Notes under the pieces: model-generated
Told to the model about the DNA's origin: nothing
What the model saw: only the letters and a program-made list of their open reading frames with translations
Database searches by the model: none
Part shown: positions 1 through 7,225 of the stretch, one piece after another
How positions within the stretch are numbered: position 1 is the stretch's first letter
Layout of the letters: every line of letters begins with the position of its first letter
Made by a program: the position numbers and the translations under genes
From: Methanosarcinales archaeon
Lineage (GTDB): Archaea; Halobacteriota; Syntropharchaeia; Alkanophagales; Methanospirareceae
DNA length: 33,225 nucleotides
Assembly (NCBI GenBank): GCA_003661125.1
Contig: QMVO01000001.1
Location: 1-33,225 of the forward strand
Direction of reading: 5' to 3'

Positions 1-638
1 GGCTTTGACTGCTTCATACCGCCCACAAAAGTATCCCAGTTCTTTATGCTTACATCTACCGCATCCTTCGTCACGCTCAAGCTCTTGCCTCTGTTGCGGT
101 CTTCAATTGTCGCTTCTGCGCCATACACTCTATCACCAAACACAGACCTTAGCATAGCTTCACCTTTATACAGCCGTCCCCATACTCGTATCCGGTAGTT
201 CTGCGTAATTCCGTTATCGCCCGCGCGTGTCCGTATCGAGATCGACTTCTTCGCTTTCAGTGTCGTGTTCAAGAACGGGTCTTCAACTCCAGGCGTACCG
301 AAACTGAAGACTATCCTGTTCGATTGCAGTGGTGATGGTCCACTCATCTGGTGTAGCCGCGGTGGTGCCATGTTCGATGTGTATCGCCCTGAAAGCGATA
401 CATACTCTTCTATCCGATGCCCGTCTATTACTGGTACCACATGCAGCAAGTCCTCGCCTGGCCAGCCTGCGTTCGGACTGAATATCTCAATGTATTCTAT
501 CTCTGCAACCTCGTCGCTCTCAAGCTTCTTCGCTGTGAAGTCGTAGGTGTCGCCAGCAGCCTGTGCTCCTGTATGTAGGAAGTCAGCCAGCAATGTCGGC
601 TGTAAAAGGTTACCTACCGCTCCAATTTCTTCTGCCAT
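1..638 (-). CDS. hypothetical protein, N-terminal part only (gene runs off the left edge); possibly structural
   Basis: Hand translation from ATG at 638-636 gives MAEEIGAVGNLLQPTLLADFLHTGAQAAGDTYDF.... It stays open for all 212 codons down to position 3, with no tta/cta/tca triplet in that phase. GAGAGGTGAT Shine-Dalgarno motif (rc of 645-654) lies 6 nt upstream. It is absent from the ORF track because it has no stop in the window. No family recognised. Confidence 0.6.
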   Translation of the reverse strand, partial: MAEEIGAVGNLLQPTLLADFLHTGAQAAGDTYDFTAKKLESDEVAEIEYIEIFSPNAGWPGEDLLHVVPVIDGHRIEEYVSLSGRYTSNMAPPRLHQMSGPSPLQSNRIVFSFGTPGVEDPFLNTTLKAKKSISIRTRAGDNGITQNYRIRVWGRLYKGEAMLRSVFGDRVYGAEATIEDRNRGKSLSVTKDAVDVSIKNWDTFVGGMKQSK

Positions 639-671
639 TTTTACATCACCTCTCTTATCTCTATGAACTAT

Positions 672-717
672 CTATATAAATACCCTATCACCTATATACG
701 GTATATAGAGTATATAG
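672..717. promoter_or_regulatory. array of four CTATATA/TATATAG heptamers in a divergent intergenic region (TATA boxes and/or RHH operator)
   Basis: ctatata at 672-678 and 692-698; tatatag at 702-708 and 711-717. 692-708 forms a perfect 7-bp palindrome around cgg. The array lies between the divergent starts at 638 (-) and 782 (+). Confidence 0.4.
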
Positions 718-781
718 AAAACAATGGTGTGGTGCATATACTTTAAATAGAATACTGCGCTTAATATCTTAATGAGGAGAG

Positions 782-958
782 ATGAGACGCGCGAGGGGCG
801 AGGGCGATACGATACATATCACACTTGATAGAAATAGCTATTACAAGCTCGTTGAATTGAAAGGACGATTAAAAGCCGCTACTTGGGCTGAGCTCGCAGA
901 TAAACTCGTTAATATGGTTGAGAACTGCGAGCGTAAACGCTATAAGCCTGTTTACTGA
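782..958 (+). CDS. small ribbon-helix-helix (CopG/Arc-like) DNA-binding protein, 58 aa (not in ORF track)
   Basis: Hand translation: MRRARGEGDTIHITLDRNSYYKLVELKGRLKAATWAELADKLVNMVENCERKRYKPVY*. The pattern is beta-strand (IHITLD) followed by two helices, typical of RHH. GGAGAG sits directly upstream of the ATG. Confidence 0.55.
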   Translation: MRRARGEGDTIHITLDRNSYYKLVELKGRLKAATWAELADKLVNMVENCERKRYKPVY

Positions 959-960
959 CT

Positions 961-1497
961 TCAGTACACCGGCGGGTATTTTTTCACACTCGTGCTTGAC
1001 TTACTACCGCTGCTGTTACCGCTCTCGTTCACTTCCAGCTCCTTCGCCTTCTCTATCACTGACTTCTTCGCCGCGCCTAAAGTCTTCACGCCTACAGTGC
1101 CATTACCCTTCTTCTCGGTCGGTATGGAGATATTGCTCATGGGCTCGCCGAGCAGGTCGAGCATACACGCTCGTGAAGCTAACAGTAGCGCTTCACCAAA
1201 TTTACCGTTTTGCTGTGTGCTTAACCTATCGAGTGCAAGCGCAGCTATCAGATTTGCGCGCTGTGTTGGTGTCATCTTTGCGATTCGCTGTGCGAAGTTG
1301 TTTAGAATCCGCTGTCCTAACGGGCGATAAACTATTACATCGAGTACCTCAGGATTGACGCCTTCGTTTGTATCGCTATCGCCGTTACTGCCCTTCTTGG
1401 ATAGCTGCATGAGCAGTACTGGCAGTATGCTATCAGAGTTCATGCCTGTGCCGTTCCCGCCGAGCATGCTCAAGTACAGCAAGGATTGTGCATCCAT
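961..1497 (-). CDS. hypothetical protein (178 aa)
   Basis: ORF track. It converges on the RHH gene and fills the gap. The two + strand ORFs overlapping it (918-1358, 992-1330) have implausible composition. No family recognised. Confidence 0.5.
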   Translation of the reverse strand: MDAQSLLYLSMLGGNGTGMNSDSILPVLLMQLSKKGSNGDSDTNEGVNPEVLDVIVYRPLGQRILNNFAQRIAKMTPTQRANLIAALALDRLSTQQNGKFGEALLLASRACMLDLLGEPMSNISIPTEKKGNGTVGVKTLGAAKKSVIEKAKELEVNESGNSSGSKSSTSVKKYPPVY

Positions 1498-1648
1498 GTT
1501 TTGTTATTAGATGTGAGTATATAAAAAGCTTTCGTATGAGGGGCATGGTGGGGCGGTGCGTGACAATGGATTGAAAATCCATCATATCCCACCACACCCT
1601 AAGTTTTATATTAATTACTATTCTTTATATTATTATAGGTGCGTGGCA

Positions 1649-2641
1649 ATGGAAGACGAAGCGATATATAGAGCGAATAGCGAAATCTACGCGCTAACAA
1701 AAGATGCTAGCAAACTGTCCGAAGATAGTCAAGGCAGGATTATCTTCAAGGGAAAAATCGAGAGGAAGGGCTATCACTTCGTTTGTAGAGCGTGTGGAAG
1801 AATACGATACATCCGTCCCTCAGATATAGAGAGGGGGCGAGGGAAGTATTGCTCAAGTGCTTGTTATTTTGGAACACATCCGCGGCGGTGGCTGTTTTGT
1901 CCTGTCTGTAGCACTCTATTTTCCATAAAGCCAAGCAAAGCAGAGAAATGGGAAAACCATTTTTGCTCGTTAGAGTGTTACCACAAAGCGATGTCTGACC
2001 TGAGACTTTCTGTCAATTTGAATCCATCACCGGAGCTCGCGTATATCTTAGGGGTCATTGTAGGAGACGGATGCGTGGGAGAATATACAATCAAAAGCGG
2101 TGGCAAAACAAAGAGGCGGTATCCTGTGAAGCTAGCGGTTGCAGATTACGAATTCGCTAAAAGTTTCGCAAGAGCGCTAAAGAAAATAGGCTTGCATCCT
2201 CATACATGGAAAGAGAAAAATGTCAGGAAGGGGAGAGAGAACGAACAAAAATTATGGCATACTGAAGCGAATAGTAAGACATTCGTTCGCTTTTTCCTTT
2301 CCTTAAAGAGTGATTGGGATGAATTTGAAAAGTTTGTCAGAAGTTGTCCAAAAGGAAAGGAGATGTTTCTACGCGGGTTTTATGAGAGTGAAGGGCACCA
2401 CGGAGTATATACCTATCACAGAGGAAACGGAATTCAACATGTTAGGAAGTTGCATATCACAAATACAAATCCTGACCTAATTAAAATCACTATCGCATTC
2501 TTGCGTGAATTTGGATTTCATCCATACACCTCCATGAAAAAACGAAAACAATTTGGGTGGAAAGATTGTACAACCATTTATCTCCCACCAAGAGAACATA
2601 GAAGATTTCTCGCTTTAATATCGCCCGTCGTTAAAAAATAA
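1649..2641 (+). CDS. free-standing LAGLIDADG-family homing endonuclease with two N-terminal zinc-ribbon-like repeats
   Basis: Two LAGLIDADG-type motifs: LAYILGVIVGDGCV and MFLRGFYESEGH. N-terminus has two repeats: CRACG...YCSSACY and CPVCS...FCSLECYH. I prefer the ATG at 1649 (MEDEAIY...) over the track's GTG at 1556. TATA-like ctttatattatta lies about 15-25 nt upstream. Confidence 0.75.
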   Translation: MEDEAIYRANSEIYALTKDASKLSEDSQGRIIFKGKIERKGYHFVCRACGRIRYIRPSDIERGRGKYCSSACYFGTHPRRWLFCPVCSTLFSIKPSKAEKWENHFCSLECYHKAMSDLRLSVNLNPSPELAYILGVIVGDGCVGEYTIKSGGKTKRRYPVKLAVADYEFAKSFARALKKIGLHPHTWKEKNVRKGRENEQKLWHTEANSKTFVRFFLSLKSDWDEFEKFVRSCPKGKEMFLRGFYESEGHHGVYTYHRGNGIQHVRKLHITNTNPDLIKITIAFLREFGFHPYTSMKKRKQFGWKDCTTIYLPPREHRRFLALISPVVKK

Positions 2642-2677
2642 AAGAAAAGAAGAAAGAAATTAAAGTTTTAAACCCGC

Positions 2678-3046
2678 TCAAGCCGCACGCCTGCTATACG
2701 CCGAGCCTTTAGTCGCCAATGTTCTCATAGCGCACTCTCGTGCCGCATTTAGCCTTCTCTCCCGCTCAGCGTCGTCACATGCTACGTATTTCTTACCAGG
2801 TGCGCCCGGCACGGGCATACCTATCGCAGCTTCGGACATTCCTCGCGGGAGGCACTTGTCAGGCAGTGAGCAGTTCGCCCTCATGTTCGTCGCTGTCCAC
2901 TTCGTCCTCGCTATGAGACCGGGGCTGGACACTATGTTCTTTGCTCGCCTTGTGTACTTCCCCATAGCAACGCCACCGCCAGGCTGCAGCATGCGGCTAT
3001 TCACGACCGTCTTCTGTGTGAAGTCCGCCAGTGTCAAATATGCCAT
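2678..3046 (-). CDS. hypothetical protein (122 aa)
   Basis: ORF track. It is divergent from the 3223 gene across an AT-rich promoter region. No family recognised. Confidence 0.45.
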   Translation of the reverse strand: MAYLTLADFTQKTVVNSRMLQPGGGVAMGKYTRRAKNIVSSPGLIARTKWTATNMRANCSLPDKCLPRGMSEAAIGMPVPGAPGKKYVACDDAERERRLNAARECAMRTLATKGSAYSRRAA

Positions 3047-3199
3047 TTTTCGTCAATCACCCCCTATTGCTTTCTATATTTCACTTATAAACTTCTATCA
3101 TATAAAAATAAGCATCCAGAAAGCTCTAATTGATAATTGGAATGATAATAAGATAGATAAAGGCGACGCCAAAGGTTTATATAATACATTGCTACAACC

Positions 3200-3208
3200 T
3201 TTATATAA
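3200..3208 (+). promoter_or_regulatory. archaeal TATA box candidate (tttatataa) for the 3223 gene, implying a near-leaderless transcript
   Basis: The TTTATATA consensus lies about 15-23 nt upstream of the ATG at 3223. A second copy is at 3177-3185. Confidence 0.4.
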
Positions 3209-3222
3209 GGGGTAAGATAAAA

Positions 3223-3417
3223 ATGGAAGATAGAAGCGAAAGGGCGACCCTGAGCACGAATGTGAAGAAACAAAAGGTGGAACTGGACATCCATGCCGTG
3301 ACTATCCTGAACGAGGTGCGAGACAGTATAAAAAGCGAAGGCAAGAGCGGGATAACATATTCCGATGCGATAAGATGGCTTGCTGTAAAAGCAGGCATAC
3401 GCGAAGGCACAATGTGA
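3223..3417 (+). CDS. small protein, possibly RHH-like DNA binding (64 aa)
   Basis: VELDIH strand, then helices AVTILNEVRDSIK and ITYSDAIRWLAVKAG. It is the first gene of a rightward structural-like cluster. Confidence 0.4.
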   Translation: MEDRSERATLSTNVKKQKVELDIHAVTILNEVRDSIKSEGKSGITYSDAIRWLAVKAGIREGTM

Positions 3418-3484
3418 GCACGAAAATACGAACCACCAAACGATAGGTTTTTTATATTATTATCACATAAACTAACATAAACAG

Positions 3485-3862
3485 ATGGCGACTGATATCG
3501 AACTGAGTACAGGTCAGCACACAGTGAAGTGGTCAAAGACCGGTTATGATGATTTAATAGCGACGATAAATGTAACAGATACAGGCGTCTCCTGTGTTAG
3601 TGTTCAAAATGGTGCGTGTTATAGTAGCACACCGCCAGGCGTGCTTATCCCATCGTCGTTTACAGTAGTAGGATATTTAAAAGCAAGTGGAGCAGTTACC
3701 GACTTTGATAGCTGGGTAGCGAGCAAAGGCGGTAAGGATAGTATTGAATACGCAGATGTTCTAGAAATAGGAGACGCTTATTTAGGATTTGTGGATATAG
3801 GATTTACACCTAACTATACTAATGTCTTAACTGCGGGAGATTACTATCTTGGACTGGGTTAG
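3485..3862 (+). CDS. small protein that starts inside a PEGA-like module (lacks the first strand) followed by a Cys-containing beta module
   Basis: The N-terminus MATDIELSTGQHTVKWSKTGYDDLIATINVTDTGVSCVSVQNGACYSSTPPGVLIPSSFTVVGYLK aligns with the giant protein's penultimate module GRHYIKAVASGYETLEMIISVSDSGIRCEYALSQGAVCYGSTPSTPGAHGLYSRNFIVKMYLK. An in-frame taa at 3473-3475 rules out an upstream extension. Confidence 0.65.
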   Translation: MATDIELSTGQHTVKWSKTGYDDLIATINVTDTGVSCVSVQNGACYSSTPPGVLIPSSFTVVGYLKASGAVTDFDSWVASKGGKDSIEYADVLEIGDAYLGFVDIGFTPNYTNVLTAGDYYLGLG

Positions 3863-3919
3863 AATGGCAAAACTTTATATATACAAAACGAATAATCAAG
3901 TATTTAGGAGTGGAGTGAG

Positions 3920-4999
3920 ATGACACTCACTGATGCTGGTCGTGAATACATAGCGAAGAACATAGGCGTAGGAGACTGTTGGGTTTATAGCGGCTTATCA
4001 TGGGTTGCAGAGAGCGTAACTGGCGATAGAGTTAATAGGACAGGTGGTACCGGAAAGGCAGTAAAAGATATTATTGACCCTACAACTGATCATATAGAAA
4101 TTAACGGGCTGAACATATCGAAAGCTACTTTAAGAGCTAACAATGGCGGAAATGATGTTACGATATCAGATGTAACTAACGAGATTTTAAAGAATGATGG
4201 TTATCCAGCAGGAGAAACCCAGTATTGTGTAGGTGCACCCGGACCGGGTCCAACGGGAGAGGGTGAGCTGTGTGTATTAACATCAGTAGACCTCGCTGAT
4301 GTATATATTGATGATGAGACAACTCCGAATCCTGACCTGTCGCCTTCGCGTAGTGAGCCACCGTATAAGTGTACAAAAGTAACAGCAACACCCGAAGGCA
4401 TACAGCACAAAGTTACAGTAAAGAAAACAGGCTATACGGCAGAACCAGTATATGTTATTTGCGTTGAAAACCAGAAAGCATATGTAACTATTTACTTGGA
4501 GCCTGAAGCTGGTACAGATGTAGGTACGCTAGAGTTGCGCGCATATAAAGAGGGTACAACAGAGGAGATACATGCAAACTTTGATATAGAAGGCTTAAGT
4601 GGAGAGGAGAAATTTCTCACTCCGCATACAATGAATGTCCCTGCAAAGACTTACGACTGGATACGGTTCTATTGCACCGGCTTTGAACCATACGAAGCTA
4701 CAAATGTGACCGTTGAAGAGGGTGAGACAACTACTGTAACTGCATACATGAAACCAAAAAGATTGTGGAAACAAGTGTATGTAGGACCACCAATCGCGCT
4801 TTTAGTAATTGATGACTTCGATATACCCAGTAGATTATATTGGGATAATCCATACGATTTTAGCGTAACTATAAGATGTTTTGAAGCAGGTTGGTATTAT
4901 GCTAATATAGAGCTAAGAGAGCCTGGGAACTTCATGGCAACTTACGACCCTGCAGACTTAGGACCAACGCGCTGGACGATACCTCTGCCTGAGAAATAA
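3920..4999 (+). CDS. PEGA-repeat structural-like protein (359 aa)
   Basis: GGAG Shine-Dalgarno motif upstream. At least two PEGA-like units: ...ADVYIDDETT...PEGIQHKVTVKKTGYTAEP, and ...EIHANFDIEG...VPAKTYDWIRFYCTGFEPYEATNVTV. Contains a GPGPGP linker. No signal peptide. Confidence 0.6.
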   Translation: MTLTDAGREYIAKNIGVGDCWVYSGLSWVAESVTGDRVNRTGGTGKAVKDIIDPTTDHIEINGLNISKATLRANNGGNDVTISDVTNEILKNDGYPAGETQYCVGAPGPGPTGEGELCVLTSVDLADVYIDDETTPNPDLSPSRSEPPYKCTKVTATPEGIQHKVTVKKTGYTAEPVYVICVENQKAYVTIYLEPEAGTDVGTLELRAYKEGTTEEIHANFDIEGLSGEEKFLTPHTMNVPAKTYDWIRFYCTGFEPYEATNVTVEEGETTTVTAYMKPKRLWKQVYVGPPIALLVIDDFDIPSRLYWDNPYDFSVTIRCFEAGWYYANIELREPGNFMATYDPADLGPTRWTIPLPEK

Positions 5000-5131
5000 A
5001 TTTCATATTTTGAAATTAACACAAAAGTTAAGCTTGAAACAACACGAATCGTTCCAGGACCGGATAGCTTGCCCGCAGGCACTTATGTTGCTGTTGTTGT
5101 AGGATATAGCGGTAGGAGGTAACGATAGAAA

Positions 5132-5464
5132 ATGGGAAGAAAAATCGTCGAGGTCGTGATAGGAACTGTGGAAGTCGAAAGTGGACCGGGACCAGGTCCT
5201 GGACCGGGACCATCTCCTTCTGTTATAGATTCATTCATAGAAGAACATCGCAAGCTGAAAAATATACTTGACAGATACGGTGCGCAAGGCATGTGCGTAC
5301 CGCGTAGCGCACTGGAAAGAGAAAGCGGCATAAAAGGTGAACGCCTTGACAAACACATCGAAGTGTTTCAGGCACATTCTGCTATTTCCGAAGTAGACGG
5401 GGACATTTTATGTGGTCGTGAAGCTTTATCAAAACTAAAAGAGAAAATTAAACTGGAGCTATAA
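5132..5464 (+). CDS. small protein with a (Gly-Pro)5 linker and a C-terminal winged-helix-like domain; paralog of the next gene
   Basis: TAGGAGGT Shine-Dalgarno motif at 5113-5120. IDSFIEEHRKLKNILDRYGAQGMCVPRSALERESGIKGERLDKH aligns with IDRFIGTHKTILALLDIAGSKGECMTAEALKEQTGVSIEEIKRH in 5469-5729. Confidence 0.6.
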   Translation: MGRKIVEVVIGTVEVESGPGPGPGPGPSPSVIDSFIEEHRKLKNILDRYGAQGMCVPRSALERESGIKGERLDKHIEVFQAHSAISEVDGDILCGREALSKLKEKIKLEL

Positions 5465-5468
5465 CAAA

Positions 5469-5729
5469 ATGACACCAAATGAAGAAATAGATAGGTTCAT
5501 AGGCACCCACAAAACAATTTTAGCTTTGCTTGATATTGCAGGAAGCAAAGGTGAATGCATGACAGCGGAAGCTCTTAAAGAGCAAACTGGAGTGTCAATT
5601 GAAGAAATAAAACGGCATAATACCCTCGCAGAAATTGATTTGGGAATAGTACAGCCAGCAGAGGGGCTAACATGCTCCAGACGCGCTATTGCTGTGTTAA
5701 AGCGGAAACTTGAAGCGGCGATAGAATAG
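5469..5729 (+). CDS. small winged-helix-like protein; tandem paralog of 5132-5464
   Basis: The ORF starts 4 nt after the upstream stop. The alignment is given under 5132-5464. Confidence 0.6.
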   Translation: MTPNEEIDRFIGTHKTILALLDIAGSKGECMTAEALKEQTGVSIEEIKRHNTLAEIDLGIVQPAEGLTCSRRAIAVLKRKLEAAIE

Positions 5730-5731
5730 AG

Positions 5732-7090
5732 TTATTTTCTCACTCTCTTTTTGTGTTTTTTACTCTTTGCTTCCATAAACTGTTTTACAACTTCAGCTAT
5801 TTCATTATCGGACATTTTGTCTATAACCGATTGCCATAAGATTAGCGTTTCATAGCCGTGTTGTGAAAAGATAGCTTTTCTTCCGAATTCTGTCATTTTC
5901 CACGAGTTGTTTAATGTACCGTCATGAAAGACATCACCAAAGCATTCTATAAGTTGCATTCTCCCATTTATATTAACAAAATCCGGAATAAGCCCTCCTA
6001 TAGTTATACCACAATTACAACCACCGTTATATGCCCATTCGCCAGGAATATACTTTTGTAAAACTTTGTCTATGCGATATTCAAATTTGTTTGGCTTCGC
6101 TCTAAGGCCAGCAAACATCTTTTTTGCAACCTCGCTATTTCTCCATTGTTTTAGTGCGTTTTCAGACCTTTCTTGCTTCCCTCTTTCATCATTTGCCTGT
6201 TCTTTTATAGACTTTATGGGAATCTCAAACTTTTTTAAGCTTTTTAGAATAATTGTGCGACTACATCCAATCTCCTCTGCGATTTCTGTTATACGCTTTT
6301 GCTCAACGATATATCTTTGCCATAGAAAATCCCTATCATGCGCTTTTGGATACTTGAAGTTAGGATTGTTCTCTAGTTCCATGCTTCGGATAGGTATCCC
6401 TAAAGACTTTAAAACCCTACTTACACAGGTTGGGCTACATCCTACTATTGCAGCTATTTCTGTTTGGCTTAAACCTTCGGTGACATATTTTTGTATCATC
6501 CATTCCTTATTATACAGTTGATGATATTTTCGCTGTTTTTGATGATAAGAAGAAGTGTAATAGAAAAAGGTGCTCCGCCTCTTAATCCCCGCTTTTTCGA
6601 GTGCGTTACAAACTGCTACTGGGCTACAGCCTACAATTCTCGCAATGTCGCAAGAGTCGTGTTCCCTGTCTACATATTGCTCTTTTAGCCACTCGGCATC
6701 ATGTAGTAGTGGATATTTCGTAACCCTTTCACACCCTTTGCTTACCGCTTCCGACCTCGGTCGACGCGGAATATTTAATCTCCTCATAGCCTTACCAACA
6801 ACTTGGGGACAGCAACCTAACTCTTCTGCAATATTGAAAGTACTGAGTTCTTCCATCCAATATTTTCTAAAAAGCCAATCCCTATCTTGGAGTTCTGGAT
6901 ACTTAACGGGTGTTTTTATCTTTCCTGCTTCGGATAACGAACGCCTTGGGATATTCAACTTTTCCATCCAATCCAAAACGGTGCTGTATGAGCACCCTAC
7001 TTCTTTCGCTATCTCTACACTACTTAACTTTTCCACCCAATATTTCTTATATAACCACTCCTTATCCTCAAGCTGTGGGTATTTTGACAT
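5732..7090 (-). CDS. putative homing/selfish endonuclease: five tandem HTH repeats plus a C-terminal Vsr/DUF559-like PD-(D/E)XK nuclease domain
   Basis: Five repeats of about 56-63 aa each: KYP.L.D.(E/D)WL...Y......(E/D)IA...GCS...V......L.IP.R. The C-terminus ...GGLIPDFVNINGRMQLIECFGDVFHDG...GYETLILWQSVI matches the PDF...IE.(F/D)G..(W/F)H...GY..l..W pattern of Vsr-like nucleases. Confidence 0.65.
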   Translation of the reverse strand: MSKYPQLEDKEWLYKKYWVEKLSSVEIAKEVGCSYSTVLDWMEKLNIPRRSLSEAGKIKTPVKYPELQDRDWLFRKYWMEELSTFNIAEELGCCPQVVGKAMRRLNIPRRPRSEAVSKGCERVTKYPLLHDAEWLKEQYVDREHDSCDIARIVGCSPVAVCNALEKAGIKRRSTFFYYTSSYHQKQRKYHQLYNKEWMIQKYVTEGLSQTEIAAIVGCSPTCVSRVLKSLGIPIRSMELENNPNFKYPKAHDRDFLWQRYIVEQKRITEIAEEIGCSRTIILKSLKKFEIPIKSIKEQANDERGKQERSENALKQWRNSEVAKKMFAGLRAKPNKFEYRIDKVLQKYIPGEWAYNGGCNCGITIGGLIPDFVNINGRMQLIECFGDVFHDGTLNNSWKMTEFGRKAIFSQHGYETLILWQSVIDKMSDNEIAEVVKQFMEAKSKKHKKRVRK

Positions 7091-7177
7091 CTACACACAC
7101 CACTAATAAGTTTATATTCATAGAATATAAATATTAAATTGGTATGGCGGTTGTGGATTTAAACATCTACACACACC
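7087..7177. repeat. 15-nt perfect direct repeat acatctacacacacc (7087-7101 and 7163-7177)
   Basis: Read directly. The first copy contains the start codon of the 5732-7090 gene. The second lies 76 nt away, between the arms of the 7140-7188 inverted repeat. Confidence 0.8.
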
Positions 7178-7188
7178 CCGCCATACCA
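7140..7188 (-). terminator. 11-bp inverted repeat (tggtatggcgg / ccgccatacca) downstream of the giant gene; possible terminator or recombination/homing site
   Basis: Arms at 7140-7150 and 7178-7188 are perfectly complementary, with a 27-nt loop. It sits 38 nt past the giant gene stop (7226) and is followed on the minus strand by AT/T-rich sequence. Confidence 0.3.
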
Positions 7189-7225
7189 TAATTTTATCGA
7201 GAACAAGCTATTTTTATGATTGCTT

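Noticed and set aside
1556-1648. GTG-initiated 31-codon extension of the LAGLIDADG gene
   Set aside because: The region is AT-rich and contains TATA-like boxes, so it is more likely the promoter. The ATG at 1649 follows it at an appropriate distance.
5185-5215. ggaccgggaccaggtcctggaccgggacca microsatellite-like and self-complementary stretch
   Set aside because: It is fully explained as in-frame (Gly-Pro)5 coding sequence. GGNCCN codons are inherently self-complementary.
5732-7090. Periodicity of about 170-190 nt that could be mistaken for a repeat array or CRISPR
   Set aside because: The repeats are in frame, diverged at the DNA level, and encode five HTH units of one protein. There is no spacer/repeat structure.
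6066-7137. Several + strand ORFs (65-178 aa) opposite the HTH-repeat nuclease gene
   Set aside because: They are shadows of the repeat-containing minus-strand gene. They are Ser/Leu/Phe-rich, with no independent start context.
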